From positions 188,387-252,386 of the forward strand of contig CAVXCU010000003.1 in NCBI GenBank assembly GCA_963760345.1: DNA of 64,000 nucleotides, read 5' to 3'. Shown here piece by piece: positions 17,856 through 28,762 of the stretch (its first letter is position 1; each line of letters begins with the position of its first letter). The notes below the pieces were generated by a model, which had not been told where the DNA came from, searched no databases, and worked only from the letters and a program-made list of their open reading frames with translations. Source of the stretch: an uncultured Alphaproteobacteria bacterium. Its GTDB lineage: Bacteria; Pseudomonadota; Alphaproteobacteria; Micropepsales; Micropepsaceae. A program made the position numbers and the translations under genes.

Positions 17856-18962
17856 TCAGACTTGCAGGATTTCCGGAGTCGCTGCCGGATGATCGATCAA
17901 TTCCCGCTCGAGCGAAAGAAGCTCTTCGGCGCTCTGCACAAAGGCGAAGTTGGCATCCCCGGCGATGAATTCAAGTTCCCTGGAGAACGATGCGATTCGC
18001 TGCTCGTCCGGCCCCAGGAGCCCCGCGCGCGTGGTGTCTTCGTCTCCAAACGACTTCATCAAACTGCTGGAATGAAGGACGTAGGTCACGAGCGGAAGCC
18101 CGCTCTCGTTCAGGCGGCGCAGCACGGATATTCTTTCATCCACTCTGCGGCTTCGGCTGACCGGCGCGAACCTGTGGGTGCGGGACGTGGCAATTTCGCC
18201 ATAGGCGCTGATCGGCACCTCCATCAATCCGCGGTGCCTGACGGGGAAATTTCCCATCAGCTTTTTCGATTTGAGATTTACGTTTTCCTTCTTGTCGAGA
18301 AGGTCGTACGACGTATCGACGCGAATGCCGATATGGCGCAAGGCATCGATGATGGCGTTGGAAATTCGGTAGGCGCCGGCACGGTAGGCGATCGGCGGTT
18401 TGGAGGCGAACCGGTTGAAGTCGGAAACGATAGCCTCGAAGATCGGGATCAGATCCTCGAGAGGCCGGTCTTCCATGGACTCGGTATGAGGCGACATTCC
18501 GCGTTCTTCGTACCAGGTCTTGTAAAGACAGTCGCCGTGGAAATGCAGCTGCAAATCGTTTCCGGAGAGCTCGATCAGCGAGCACGCTTCGCGGAACGAT
18601 TCGTCCCCGAACCGGTAAAGTTGCGCGATGTCGAGCAGCGCGGTGGAGCAGGCGCCATATTTCCGCAGAACCGAGAAAATAAGCGGCAGACCGGCCGTCG
18701 CGGATTGAATGCGCTGCTCCACCTCTGCGGGAGAAAGCGCTCCGGCGCTGGCGGGCGGTTTTTGCAGATACATTTCGTGCAGCCACCGCACGCACCCTTT
18801 GAGGAAGCGGTACCCTTTCGGAGTTCGCTCGACGATTCCCTCGTCGAGCCAGCGGTCAAGGTCGCGCGCCGGCCAAACGCCGTTGACGCAATGATCGAAG
18901 CAGCCGTTTTCGGATTGCAGGCTCGGCTCGGAATTTATGGTGATCCATACACGCGTGATCAT
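17856..18962 (-). CDS. Polysaccharide deacetylase-like (WalW-type) protein
   Basis: WITINSE, QLHFH, YRAGAY, DTS, EVPIS, YVLHSSS. Confidence 0.7.
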   Translation of the reverse strand: MITRVWITINSEPSLQSENGCFDHCVNGVWPARDLDRWLDEGIVERTPKGYRFLKGCVRWLHEMYLQKPPASAGALSPAEVEQRIQSATAGLPLIFSVLRKYGACSTALLDIAQLYRFGDESFREACSLIELSGNDLQLHFHGDCLYKTWYEERGMSPHTESMEDRPLEDLIPIFEAIVSDFNRFASKPPIAYRAGAYRISNAIIDALRHIGIRVDTSYDLLDKKENVNLKSKKLMGNFPVRHRGLMEVPISAYGEIATSRTHRFAPVSRSRRVDERISVLRRLNESGLPLVTYVLHSSSLMKSFGDEDTTRAGLLGPDEQRIASFSRELEFIAGDANFAFVQSAEELLSLERELIDHPAATPEILQV

Positions 18963-19347
18963 GGATGCCGCCCCGTCGCCGTGTCTCCGCGTGTGCTTGC
19001 GGCGACGCCGGTGGATGGCGACACGCCGAAACGATGAATGGCGGCCCCCAATTCCGACGGGCCGCGGCCGGGTTCCGGCGGGCGATGTGCTGATCGGGTC
19101 AAACGGACATCCTTGAATGACAGACGCGCTGCGATTTTGGCAATCTGACTAGCAGAATTCAACAAAGTCTCAAGGTTGCGGGCTCGAGACGCATCTCAAT
19201 CTAGCCAGATCGAAGCAAATTTCCGAGGAAATCTGACCTTGTTTCGGGGAGGCCGGCCACGTTGCGGACGGAAGGGCGTCAGGCCGGGTCAAGTGGCCAA
19301 GGCAACTTTCAAGCGCCAAACGGGTTTCATAAGAACGGGAGATCGCC

Positions 19348-19659
19348 ATGCGCCCATTGCTCTTCGCCATGCTTGTTGCCGGCTTTGGGATTGCGGCGGG
19401 CGACGCGGCCGCGAGCCAACAGATCGGCAACGTCACACCGCCCTCGGTGCTGAACAACTCGTGTCCATCCGGATGGACATTGGACCGGACTTCGGGTGCG
19501 TGCGTTCTTTCCAATGCGTATGGATGCTGCGCCGCCCCCGCGCCAAGGGCCGTGTGTCTCAACGCGGCAGGCTCCGGGCAGGCGCCCTGGTCCGGAAAGG
19601 CTTCCGAGTTGCGGACCGGCGCCGCGACTTGCCCGGCCGTGGCGCCAAGGCCGCGGTGA
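19348..19659 (+). CDS. Small secreted Cys-rich hypothetical protein
   Basis: RBS GGGAGA; signal peptide ending AAA; six Cys. Confidence 0.6.
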   Translation: MRPLLFAMLVAGFGIAAGDAAASQQIGNVTPPSVLNNSCPSGWTLDRTSGACVLSNAYGCCAAPAPRAVCLNAAGSGQAPWSGKASELRTGAATCPAVAPRPR

Positions 19660-19686
19660 TTTGTCTCTCGCTGCGCCCGGTCGCGA

Positions 19687-19932
19687 TCAGAAGAATCTCC
19701 TGGCCATCAATCCGACGACGCAAAGAACACCGAGGAACGTCGCCCATTGCGCCGCTCGCGTGTAGTCCTCTCTCCGGTAGCGGCGTTCGACCCAATCGCC
19801 GGCGATCATTGCCGCGACCATTGCAGCCACGATGCAGGCAACGGCCGCCACCGCCTCTTCCAGGAAATGACCCGCAAAGGCAAGACGGATGCCGTGATGA
19901 CGATAGCCTCCCCAGCCGCCTGGATGCATCAT
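19687..19932 (-). CDS. Small two-TM membrane protein
   Basis: Starts 7 nt after the lyase stop; two hydrophobic segments. Confidence 0.5.
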   Translation of the reverse strand: MMHPGGWGGYRHHGIRLAFAGHFLEEAVAAVACIVAAMVAAMIAGDWVERRYRREDYTRAAQWATFLGVLCVVGLMARRFF

Positions 19933-19939
19933 CGGAGCG

Positions 19940-22900
19940 CTAAAGGTTGTGACAGACGACGCCCCGCTCGCCGATTTCGAAGCGGAAAGACGTCCCTTGG
20001 CCGCTACCGGCAATCATCCATGATTTCTTGCCATGAGCCTCGATCGATATGGTCGGGGTTTCCTTCGGCGGTCCCTCGCTCCACTGGAAGAACGCAGCCA
20101 TCGTGCCGCTTTTCATGGTACGGGCGCGGCGAATGTAGGAGTTCGACACGACCATTCGGGCTTCGATCATCGCCCAGCCGATCGGGTTGTCCTCGTTTCC
20201 GCGTTCGACGGCCACGGCCGCCTCGCCGGAATCGAATGCGACCGACAGCGCGCCTTCCGTTTCGGACGAGAACAGCAACGCTTTCGCGTCCGGCGCAACT
20301 GTGGCCGGCGGCACAAAGGACGGAGAAACGTGCCAGAACTGCTCGAACGTCGCGGGGGCGTCGGTCTTGCTCTTGAGGACATCGAACACGATCGCCGCAT
20401 GACGGTGCCGCAGATGGATCGCGTAGCGCACGACTTCGCCGTCGGGGTACGCCGAATTGAAGCCCGTCGCGGCTGCCCATTCGGTTTCCGCCCAATGCTT
20501 GCTGAGCCCCGCCGGCTTGGCGCTGCGCACGGTGCGCATTGGATAGCCCTTGCCGTTCACGCGATAGGTATTGTGCGAGGCCGGATCGAAGCGCGCTGCG
20601 TTGCGGATTTTGTCGGAGATTTCCTTGTTGTAGGTTCCTCCGTCGAGAAGCAGGTCGCTGGCGCCCCTGATGAACACGACCGACAGGTCGTCGGCATGCT
20701 TGTGTTTGGGCGTGCTGTAATTCGCAAAGAAAATCATTTCCGACGATGTCGGCACGATCGGCTTCTCGGTATGACTGACAAAATAACCCGCATCCGGAAA
20801 GAAGAAGGTATCGCGCGAGCGTTCGCGCAATCTGAATTTCTCTTCCGGCTGGTCCTTCGATCCCGGCGCGAGCAACTGCTGTTGCGCAAGCTCGATCGCG
20901 GGCAGATATTCCGCCGGCTCGCTGTCGCCCAATGGCGGCATGACGCCGTCGCTTTTCACCAGCGCTTCCGCGAATGTCAGCATCTCGCGCACCGCGGCCG
21001 AGATCGGTTCGGCAATCGCGTCGGCCTCGCTCAACTGCCCGTCCTGGTTCGCATCGCGCAGATCCGCAACGATCCGCGACAGCGTGCCCATGATCATGCA
21101 GTGATAGCCCAGGGAGTTTTCGAGCCAGACGCCGTTGGACGAAACGGCGCGTTTCAGCTGATATTCGATAAGGCGCTCCACGCCCTCGCGCAGGACGCCA
21201 GCCCCGTATCCGGCGCCGCTGAGGAGCAGGCTGCTGATGATGAGCAGGCTGTCCTGGCGGACGCCGTGATTGCCGGCCTTGATGTAGATGCTGTCGCTCC
21301 GCAGCAATTCGATGCAGTCGAGCACGCTGCGATAGGCGCTCTTGAGAGCCGCTTCGTTGACGGGGACGCCGCGCTGGGAGGCCACTTTGCAGCACAGCAG
21401 GTAGATGAGCAGGATCGTGACCCGCCGGCAGACGGTTCCCTCGTGCCAGGCCCGGACGGCTTGCGGTGTGCTGGGCGAATTATTCTCGGCGAAGTCGACG
21501 ATGATCTGTTCGGCGCGCCGGAACAGGATTTCGGCATCGACATTGTGCTCGCGCAGGCCGCTTTCGATCAGTTTCCATTTCTCGAAAGGCTGCCTTCCGG
21601 CAACGAGGAAGTAATATGAGAGCGCCGGACCAAGGAACTCCAGGCCCAGAAAATAAGACTGCCAGCTGCGATTGGGTCCCGGCATCGCCCAGTCCATCGG
21701 GAGGCTGAAATCGGTCATGCCCCATTGGGGATTGGTCGGGAACGTGATTTTCCAGTCGGCAAATTCCAGAAGATTGGGAAGTCCGAACGGCCGCTTGATG
21801 ATTTTGGGAAGCCGGGAATTCGGCCAGCGTATCTCCCTCAGGATATCCTTCGCCGACTTTTCCTCCGCCGACGTCTCGTCATCGGGCGCCCGTTCGCCGA
21901 GTTGAACGCGCACGGATTCGCGGCTGACGATCTTGCCGATTGCCCCGGCGATGGAGCGATAGCCGTCAAGGCTCGGCAGGCCGTTGGCGCCCACCATCTG
22001 GTTCAGGTCCCAACGGCGGAGCTTCGATGTCAAAGGTATGAGATAGCCGCGGCCCGCATTGGCGAGATCGGTAATCGCCAAATTGCCGGCCTCCGCCTTT
22101 TCGATGGCGCTTGCCTTGTCGGCTGTTGGGATCACCTGAAGGAAGATTTTTGTTGCGGCGGCGTCCGCTTCTATCGCGCGCTTCTGCTCGTCGAGATAGG
22201 CGGGATCGTGCAGCGCGTCCGGATCGAACGCATAGATGATCGCGTCGGCGGCGGCGCGGGCGACGGGGTTGACGGGCCTGCTGTTGTGTTTGCGGGTGCG
22301 ATCCCGGAACGCGGCAATCAACCCCGCCGCAAACGCGTCGCTGGGCGCGGAAATGAAAAGCTTGAGAGGCGCTGCTGCGCTGTCCGAAGGTTCGGCGGTG
22401 GTTTGAAACAGGGATCGTCTGGCTTCCTGCGCGGCGCCCTTCGCTTCGCGCGCGACGGATTTCTCGCGTATCAGCCTCGTGCGGGCGATCTTGCGGGCCA
22501 GCGTCTTCACATAGGAACGGACGCCATGTTCGCCGGGTGGCGCATCGATTTGCTGAACATTATGCACTTCCTTGGCGATCGCCTTGAAGCCGCGTTTGCT
22601 GGGCAGGCCTTCCTCGAACATGCGCTCGGGGTTCCAGCGCTGAAACTTCTGCACCAGCGGAACGACGCGTCCGCCGTGCCGTTCGGCAATATCGACGATG
22701 GCCGAGGCATAATTCTCCAGATCGGAATCATTCTCGAGCTGGCGCTGCGGCAGCTCCAGAAACAGCTTCGTGGCGCCCTCTCCGCGCGAGACGGTGGCCT
22801 CGACCGCGGAGATATCGGCGAGTTCGTCCGGTTCGAACTGGTAAATGATGACGTCGGCGCGGTGCGAATCGCCGCCGGCCGGCGATTCCGCAATGTCAAA

Positions 22901-22972
22901 ATACTGCGACAGGGCAGCCGACAGGCCCGCCGAGAAATCAGGGCTTTTGGATACGACGAAGGCGGAGATCAA
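19940..22972 (-). CDS. Heparinase II/III-family lyase with tandem N-terminal repeat domains (start approximate)
   Basis: GNHG, ENSLGYH, PPLGDS, HKHAD.LS, DGGTY, SHNT motifs. Confidence 0.82.
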   Translation of the reverse strand: MISAFVVSKSPDFSAGLSAALSQYFDIAESPAGGDSHRADVIIYQFEPDELADISAVEATVSRGEGATKLFLELPQRQLENDSDLENYASAIVDIAERHGGRVVPLVQKFQRWNPERMFEEGLPSKRGFKAIAKEVHNVQQIDAPPGEHGVRSYVKTLARKIARTRLIREKSVAREAKGAAQEARRSLFQTTAEPSDSAAAPLKLFISAPSDAFAAGLIAAFRDRTRKHNSRPVNPVARAAADAIIYAFDPDALHDPAYLDEQKRAIEADAAATKIFLQVIPTADKASAIEKAEAGNLAITDLANAGRGYLIPLTSKLRRWDLNQMVGANGLPSLDGYRSIAGAIGKIVSRESVRVQLGERAPDDETSAEEKSAKDILREIRWPNSRLPKIIKRPFGLPNLLEFADWKITFPTNPQWGMTDFSLPMDWAMPGPNRSWQSYFLGLEFLGPALSYYFLVAGRQPFEKWKLIESGLREHNVDAEILFRRAEQIIVDFAENNSPSTPQAVRAWHEGTVCRRVTILLIYLLCCKVASQRGVPVNEAALKSAYRSVLDCIELLRSDSIYIKAGNHGVRQDSLLIISSLLLSGAGYGAGVLREGVERLIEYQLKRAVSSNGVWLENSLGYHCMIMGTLSRIVADLRDANQDGQLSEADAIAEPISAAVREMLTFAEALVKSDGVMPPLGDSEPAEYLPAIELAQQQLLAPGSKDQPEEKFRLRERSRDTFFFPDAGYFVSHTEKPIVPTSSEMIFFANYSTPKHKHADDLSVVFIRGASDLLLDGGTYNKEISDKIRNAARFDPASHNTYRVNGKGYPMRTVRSAKPAGLSKHWAETEWAAATGFNSAYPDGEVVRYAIHLRHRHAAIVFDVLKSKTDAPATFEQFWHVSPSFVPPATVAPDAKALLFSSETEGALSVAFDSGEAAVAVERGNEDNPIGWAMIEARMVVSNSYIRRARTMKSGTMAAFFQWSEGPPKETPTISIEAHGKKSWMIAGSGQGTSFRFEIGERGVVCHNL

Positions 22973-23056
22973 CGATCCAGATCCTTTGCCGGTCTGCCCG
23001 GCGCGGCGTCGGTTTAAGCGCCGCGCGGTTCGAGCGGCCGGTAGTTGCAATATAGC

Positions 23057-23800
23057 TCAGGCGCGCCGGAATTCGAGCGTGGCGAAGGTGATCCGCTTGT
23101 CGCCTTCATCCCGGTCCGCGCCGACCACCACCGAGCGCACGAATTCGAGCTCGCTCAGGGCCTGTTTGTAGAATTCGAGCGGCCACGCCCAGCTCCTTTG
23201 GCGATACCGGTACATTTCGTCGGTGATGCCGGCGTTGAACGCCAGGACGGCGCCTTTGCGATGCGCGATCTTTGCCAGATTGCCGTAATAATAGGTCGTT
23301 TCGTCGGGATGCACGTGGAAACTCACCGAATTGCTGTAGACGAAGTCGGCGCCGAACGCTTCCGCGGTCTTCATCCCCTCGTCGCCGATCACGGCGAGTG
23401 TCGGCTTCTTTTCCTTCATAAGCTCCTCGCCGACCAGCGTTTCGCCGACTTCGTAGAAGGCGCTCGTCACGTCCATGCCCATGAAACAGCCGGGATCGAG
23501 GAAGCGGATGAAGTGAGCGCCGATGCGCAGGCTGCCGCAGCCGTAATCGAGGACTCTGCTCGAACGTTTCGGCTCGAAAAACTCGAAATAGAGCCCCGCT
23601 TTGCGCGCGCCGGCCTGCCAGAAGTCGATCGGCCCGCTGTCGAGATAGCTCAGATTCTTGCCCAGGCTCGGATGCTGGCCGCCGTCTTTGATCCTCTTGC
23701 CGACGCGCTCCATGTGAAATTGCGCGTATGAGACGTTGGGATGCTTCTTGCGGTACCTGAAATAGGCCTTGTCGAAATCTTCGTGTGAATCCTTGGCCAT
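23057..23800 (-). CDS. Class I SAM-dependent methyltransferase (paralog 1)
   Basis: RBS GGGGAG; VLDYGCGSLRIG, FMGMDV. Confidence 0.85.
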   Translation of the reverse strand: MAKDSHEDFDKAYFRYRKKHPNVSYAQFHMERVGKRIKDGGQHPSLGKNLSYLDSGPIDFWQAGARKAGLYFEFFEPKRSSRVLDYGCGSLRIGAHFIRFLDPGCFMGMDVTSAFYEVGETLVGEELMKEKKPTLAVIGDEGMKTAEAFGADFVYSNSVSFHVHPDETTYYYGNLAKIAHRKGAVLAFNAGITDEMYRYRQRSWAWPLEFYKQALSELEFVRSVVVGADRDEGDKRITFATLEFRRA

Positions 23801-23990
23801 TCTGACTCCCCGACCACGTGGAAACTCGGGCGCCGCGGCTCCATCGGCGCCGGATTCCCTCGGCGCGCCATCCGATCTGCGACTCCACCCCGCCAGCCCC
23901 TCAAGGCTCGGGGCGGGATTTGTAACCGAATTGGCGAATGACTCCAAGCGCTTACCGCGCCGCCACAAAGCCGCCTGGCAGGCCGCAAAT

Positions 23991-24019
23991 TTGCGCGCCC
24001 GCCCCGAAAGTCCTACTAT
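23991..24019 (+). promoter_or_regulatory. Putative sigma70 promoter of the FHA/GLUG gene
   Basis: TTGCGC-N17-TACTAT about 100 nt upstream of ATG. Confidence 0.5.
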
Positions 24020-24118
24020 TTTGGTCAGGCAGCGGGCGGGGTCGCGGGCCTGTGAAGAGTTGAGCGCCTGGCTACGAGCCGGGCGCCCCCCGGAAGCCGT
24101 CTTGAGCGGAGAACCACC

Positions 24119-26793
24119 ATGCCGATCCTATCCGTAGCGCGCACGCGCACAGCCCTTAAGTCGTCCGCGTCATTCGGCTGGTCGAAGGTGGCGGCGTCGG
24201 GAATTGGCGTGGGTCTGCTGCTGGCGCTTCCGGCGTCTTCGGCCTTCGCCAATCCCGCAGGTGGCGCGGTGACGAGCGGCTCGGCGACGATCTCCTCGCC
24301 TTCGTCACACCAGACGAATGTCAATCAGTCGAGCGAAGGCGTCGTCATCGACTGGTCCAGCTTCGACATCGGCAAAGGCCAGACGACGGACTTCGTGCAG
24401 CCCAATGCGCAGGCCATCGCCATCAACCGGATCGGCGGCAGCAATCCCTCGCAGATTCTGGGCACGTTGGATGCCAACGGCCGGCTGGTGCTGATCGACG
24501 GCAACGGCATGGTGTTCGGTAAGGGATCGAGCGTGAATGTGGGCTCGCTGGTCGCGACTTCGACGGGCGGTTCGGATTCCAATCTTCTCGCCGGCAAGTT
24601 CACCAAGGCCGGCAACCAGAATGCGGCCATCGTCAATCAGGGACGGATCGTTGCCAGCCAGGGCGGCCTCGTCGCCCTCGTCGCGCCCAGCGTGACGAAT
24701 GCCGGAACGGTCAAGGCCAAATTGGGCACGGTCGCGCTGGGCGGCGCCAACAAATTCACGGTCGACTTCGCAGGCGACGGGCTTGTCTCGTTTGCCGGGC
24801 AGACTGCGGGTCCCGCCAGCGTCACCAACACGGGCCGGCTCTCGGGCGCCAACGTCTCGCTGACGGCGCGCGCTGCGGAAGGCGTCGCCACCGGCGTCGT
24901 CAATGTGGGTGGGGTGATCTTTGCCGAAGGCGCACATCAGGTGGGCGGCAACATCGTTCTCGACGCGGGCAATGGCGGCAACGTGTCCGTATCGAACGCC
25001 AAGCTCAATGCCTCCGGCGCCAACGGCGGCGGCAAGATCGCCATCGGCGGCGCAAACGAGAACTCCGTCACCATTGACGCGGCCAGCACGATCAAAGCCT
25101 CGGCGGCCAAATCGGCCAAAGGCGGGAAGATCGAGACCTCGGGCGCGACGCTTTCCATCGCCGGGAAGATCGATGCCGGCAAAGGAGGAAGCTGGCTCGT
25201 CGATCCGGTGAACCTCACGGTCGATGCCGCGGCAGCCACCACCATCGACAATTCGCTCGCCGCCGATACCGGCGTCATGCTCAAGACGCGCAGGACGACC
25301 TCCAGTGGCCCGGGAACGGCCTCGAGCGGTCCAGGTGACATCATCATCGATGCGTCCCTGACATGGAGCACGACTGCGAGACTCACACTTGATGCCTATC
25401 ATTCGATCATTGTCGAGGATCCGGTGAGCCTGACTGGCAAAGGCAAGCTCACGCTGAAAACCAATGACGGCGCCACGGGCGGCCATCTGTCGTTCAACGG
25501 TGGCGATATCACGTTCACGAAATTGACCAACTCGGTCACCATCAACGGCGCGACCTACACGCTCGTCGACAACCTCGTGACGCTGGCCAACGATGTTGAA
25601 GCCGATCCCAGTGGCGACTTTGCATTGTCCAAGAACGATAACGCGGAGACACAGGGTGCGGATGTTTTGACAACCTTTACGGGCAATTTCGAAGGGTTTG
25701 GCAACACGATCAAGGATGCGGTTATCGACGATTCCGATTCAAGCGCCGATATCGGACTTTTTGCGGATATTGGCTCAGGAGGGGTGGTTGAGAATCTCGA
25801 CCTCACGAAAATCAATATCGACTTCGAAACACAACGGGGCAAAGTCTACTTTGTCGGAGGCTTGGTGGGTGTGTTGGACGGCACACTGTTCGGTGACTCG
25901 ACGGCGGGGAAAATTACTGTCGAGATAGATGATGGCGACGCCGACGTCGGCGGCTTAGTCGGCATGCTTAATTCGACGGGTTCCGTCGCAAACTCCAATT
26001 CGGCGGCAACCCTCAGTTTCAGCAAAAACACAAATAGCGTAGCAGGGGGGCTTGTAGGTTTGAGTTCCGGTAGTATCGAGAATTCCTATGCTACCGGTGC
26101 CGTTTACGGCGGATCCAATTCCAACGTAGGCGGATTGGTCGGCTACCTTAAATCGGGGTCAGTCGGTTATTCGTATGCCACCGGAGACGTAACAGGCGGC
26201 TCCAATGAGGCGGTCTGGTGGGGCAATTGGGCGGCGGCGCAATTTCGAATTCCGATGCGGCTGGATCCGTGTCGGGCTCAGGCAGCCTCGGTGGTTTTGT
26301 TGGGTTTGCGGGTGGGGGGACGATCGCCACGTCGTATTCGACTGGCGCAGTCACCGGCGGAGATAACAGCAAAGTCGGCGGCTTCATGGGCCTCACTGGA
26401 ACAAACCAAATCACTTCAAATTCTTATGCGACCGGCTCTGCAACGGGGGCGTCTGGCAGCGCTATCGGAGGATTTGTGGGTAATTCTGGTGGCAAGATCA
26501 CCGCGTCTTATTCGACGGGCGCTGTCACAGGCGCCGCCGGTAGCGTAGTCGGCGGCTTTGCCGGCGATGGCGAAAGTTCTGGAATCGCATCTTCCTATTG
26601 GGACACGACGACCAGCGGCATTACAAATCTCAGCCAGGGTGCCGGCAACATCAGCAACGATCCCGGCATCACCGGTCTGACGACCACTGCGTTTCAATCG
26701 GCATTGCCCGCGGGCTTCAATTCGTCGATATGGGGCGAGAACGGTTCAATCAATGGCGGCTTACCCTATCTGCTGGCAATTCCACCAACATAG
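24119..26793 (+). CDS. Filamentous haemagglutinin N-terminal (TPS) domain exoprotein with GLUG repeats; frameshift near 26205-26215
   Basis: Signal peptide, NPAGG, IDWSSFDIG, F.QP, G.WLVDP, repeated VGGLVG/SYATG, C-terminal GGLPYL. Confidence 0.85.
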
Positions 26794-26822
26794 GCCGGCG
26801 GCCGTTCCAATCCGTTTGCCGA

Positions 26823-26860
26823 CAAAAAAGGGCGCAACATTTCGTTGCGCCCCTGTTTTT
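26823..26860 (+). terminator. Intrinsic terminator after exoprotein gene; intron target
   Basis: AAAAAA-GGGCGCAAC-ATTTC-GTTGCGCCC-CTGTTTTT. Confidence 0.85.
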
Positions 26861-28762
26861 GTGTGCCAGGCATGGTGTTGATCTTGGAGGTGAATGTCCT
26901 CTGCGGGCCGGTTGGCCGGAACCGCTAGCGGAAGGCAACTGCGTCGTCGCGAGGCGGGGTGGGGAGGAAGCCGGAAGCAAAACTCGGAGCTGACGAACAG
27001 GAACCGGATAGAAGGCCGGTGCGGTGGGGTAACCCGGCATTGGACGGGGGCGCCCGAAAGCCAAACAGACACGCGCATTGGTAAATCCGGCGGCGACCGA
27101 GCGAAGGATCAGCGTCTTACCCTGGGAGATCTCTTTCGGTTTCGGGACGATCCCGAGCAGGTGCACGGCAACGTGCAGCGATGCCGATGGAGAAGTCAGC
27201 AGAGGTCGTAGTAGTCCGCGTACGGACGAAGGGCCGAATTCGACAGCCAAGGAGCAGGTTCGACGCATTCGATGGGCGCGAAGCGGCATCAAGGCAGTGG
27301 CGACCAAAGGGACCTCTTCGACGAGGCTCTGAAGGCATCATTGCGCCACGGCGTATCCGGCAAAGGCAGTACCGGGACTGGAACGCATGAGGAGCGGCAA
27401 ACGCACACGGCATGGGCCGAGGACCGAGCCTTGACGCAGCATGTGATGGAGGAGGTGGCCAGTTCGGCAAACCTGAACCAAGCCTATAAGCGGGTCAAAG
27501 CGAATGGCGGCGCAGCAGGTATCGACGGCATGACCGTCGCCCAACTGCGGCCGTGGATTGGCCTGAACCGCGAAAAGCTGATCGCCTCACTGCTCGACGG
27601 CAACTACCGGCCGATGGCCGTGCGGGGAGTGGAAATCCCCAAAGCCGACGGCGGGATGCGCCAACTGGGCATCCCAACGGTCGTTGACCGCTTGGTGCAG
27701 CAAGCAATTCTGCAAGTCCTGGAACCGATCCTCGATCCGACATTCTCGCCATCGAGCTTCGGCTTCCGCCCGGAACGGAGTGCGCATGATGCACTCCGTC
27801 AAGCCCGGCAATACGTAGCCGACGGCTATCAGATCGTCGCGGACATCGACTTGGAAAAGTTCTTTGACCGGGTCAACCACGACATGCTGATGGCACGATT
27901 GGCGCGGCGCATTGGCGACAGATGTCTGTTGCACATCGTTCGGCGCTTTCTTGAAGCCGGCCTTATGCAAGACGGCGTTTGCACCGCTCGGCACGAGGGC
28001 ACGCCGCAGGGTGGTCCCCTTCGCCGCTGCTCGCCAATCTGCTGCTGGACGACCTCGACAAGGAGCTTGAGAAACGTGGCCATCGCTTCTGTCGCTATGC
28101 CGACGACTGCAACATCTACGTGCGGTCCGCGGCGGCGGGAGAACGGGTTATGGCCTCGGTGACTGCCTTCCTCGAAGGTAAACTCAAGCTCCGCGTCAAC
28201 CGGCAGAAGAGCGCTGTCGCCCGGGTCGGGGAACGTCAGTTCCTCGGCCATCGCCTGAACGCCTATGGCGGCATGGGCATTGCGCCCAAAAGCCTGAAGC
28301 GGGCCAAAGATCGACTGCAGGAAATCACGCGGCGCAACCGCGGGGTCGCCCTCCACAAGATCGTGGCCGAAGCGAACAGCTTCGTCACAGGCTGGGTGAC
28401 GTATTACCGTTATGCCCAGTGTCAGACGGCGCTGCGCGACCTCGACGGATGGCTCCGCCGAAAGCTGCGTTGCGTCCGACTCAAACACTGCAAACGCGCC
28501 AAGACCATCGCCGTCTTCCTACAAGAAAACGGCGTGCCGGAATGGCGTGCATGGGGGCTGGCCCTTTCGGGAAAAGGATGGTGGCGCATGGCTGGAAGCC
28601 CTCAGGCCTCCGAAGCCATGACCATCGATTGGTTCAACAAGCTTGGGCTCGTCAGTCTTGCCAATCATCATGCTACATTAAACGCTGCCGGAAACCGCCG
28701 GATACGATGAGTACGTCCGGTGGTGTGAGAGGGGGGAACCGCGAGGAACCCTCCTACTCTAT
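26861..28762 (+). mobile_element. Group II intron, class IIC
   Basis: 5' GTGTG directly after terminator stem; short DV with CGC triad (AACCGCCGGATACG...GTACGTCCGGTGGT); DVI ending CCTACTCTAT. Confidence 0.93.
27272..28710 (+). CDS. ltrA: Group II intron reverse transcriptase/maturase, no endonuclease domain; 1-nt deletion near 28020
   Basis: GAAGIDG, RQLGIPTVVDR, DLEKFFD, GTPQGGP/SPLLAN, RYADD, GWVTYY. Confidence 0.92.

Noticed and set aside
24064-24087. Hairpin in the exoprotein 5' leader as a riboswitch
   Set aside because: Single GC-rich stem with no recognisable aptamer consensus
24119-28762. Diversity-generating retroelement or retron (RT beside a surface protein)
   Set aside because: The RT has YADD and a maturase domain and sits inside clear group IIC DV/DVI boundaries; no TR/VR repeat pair or msr-msd was seen
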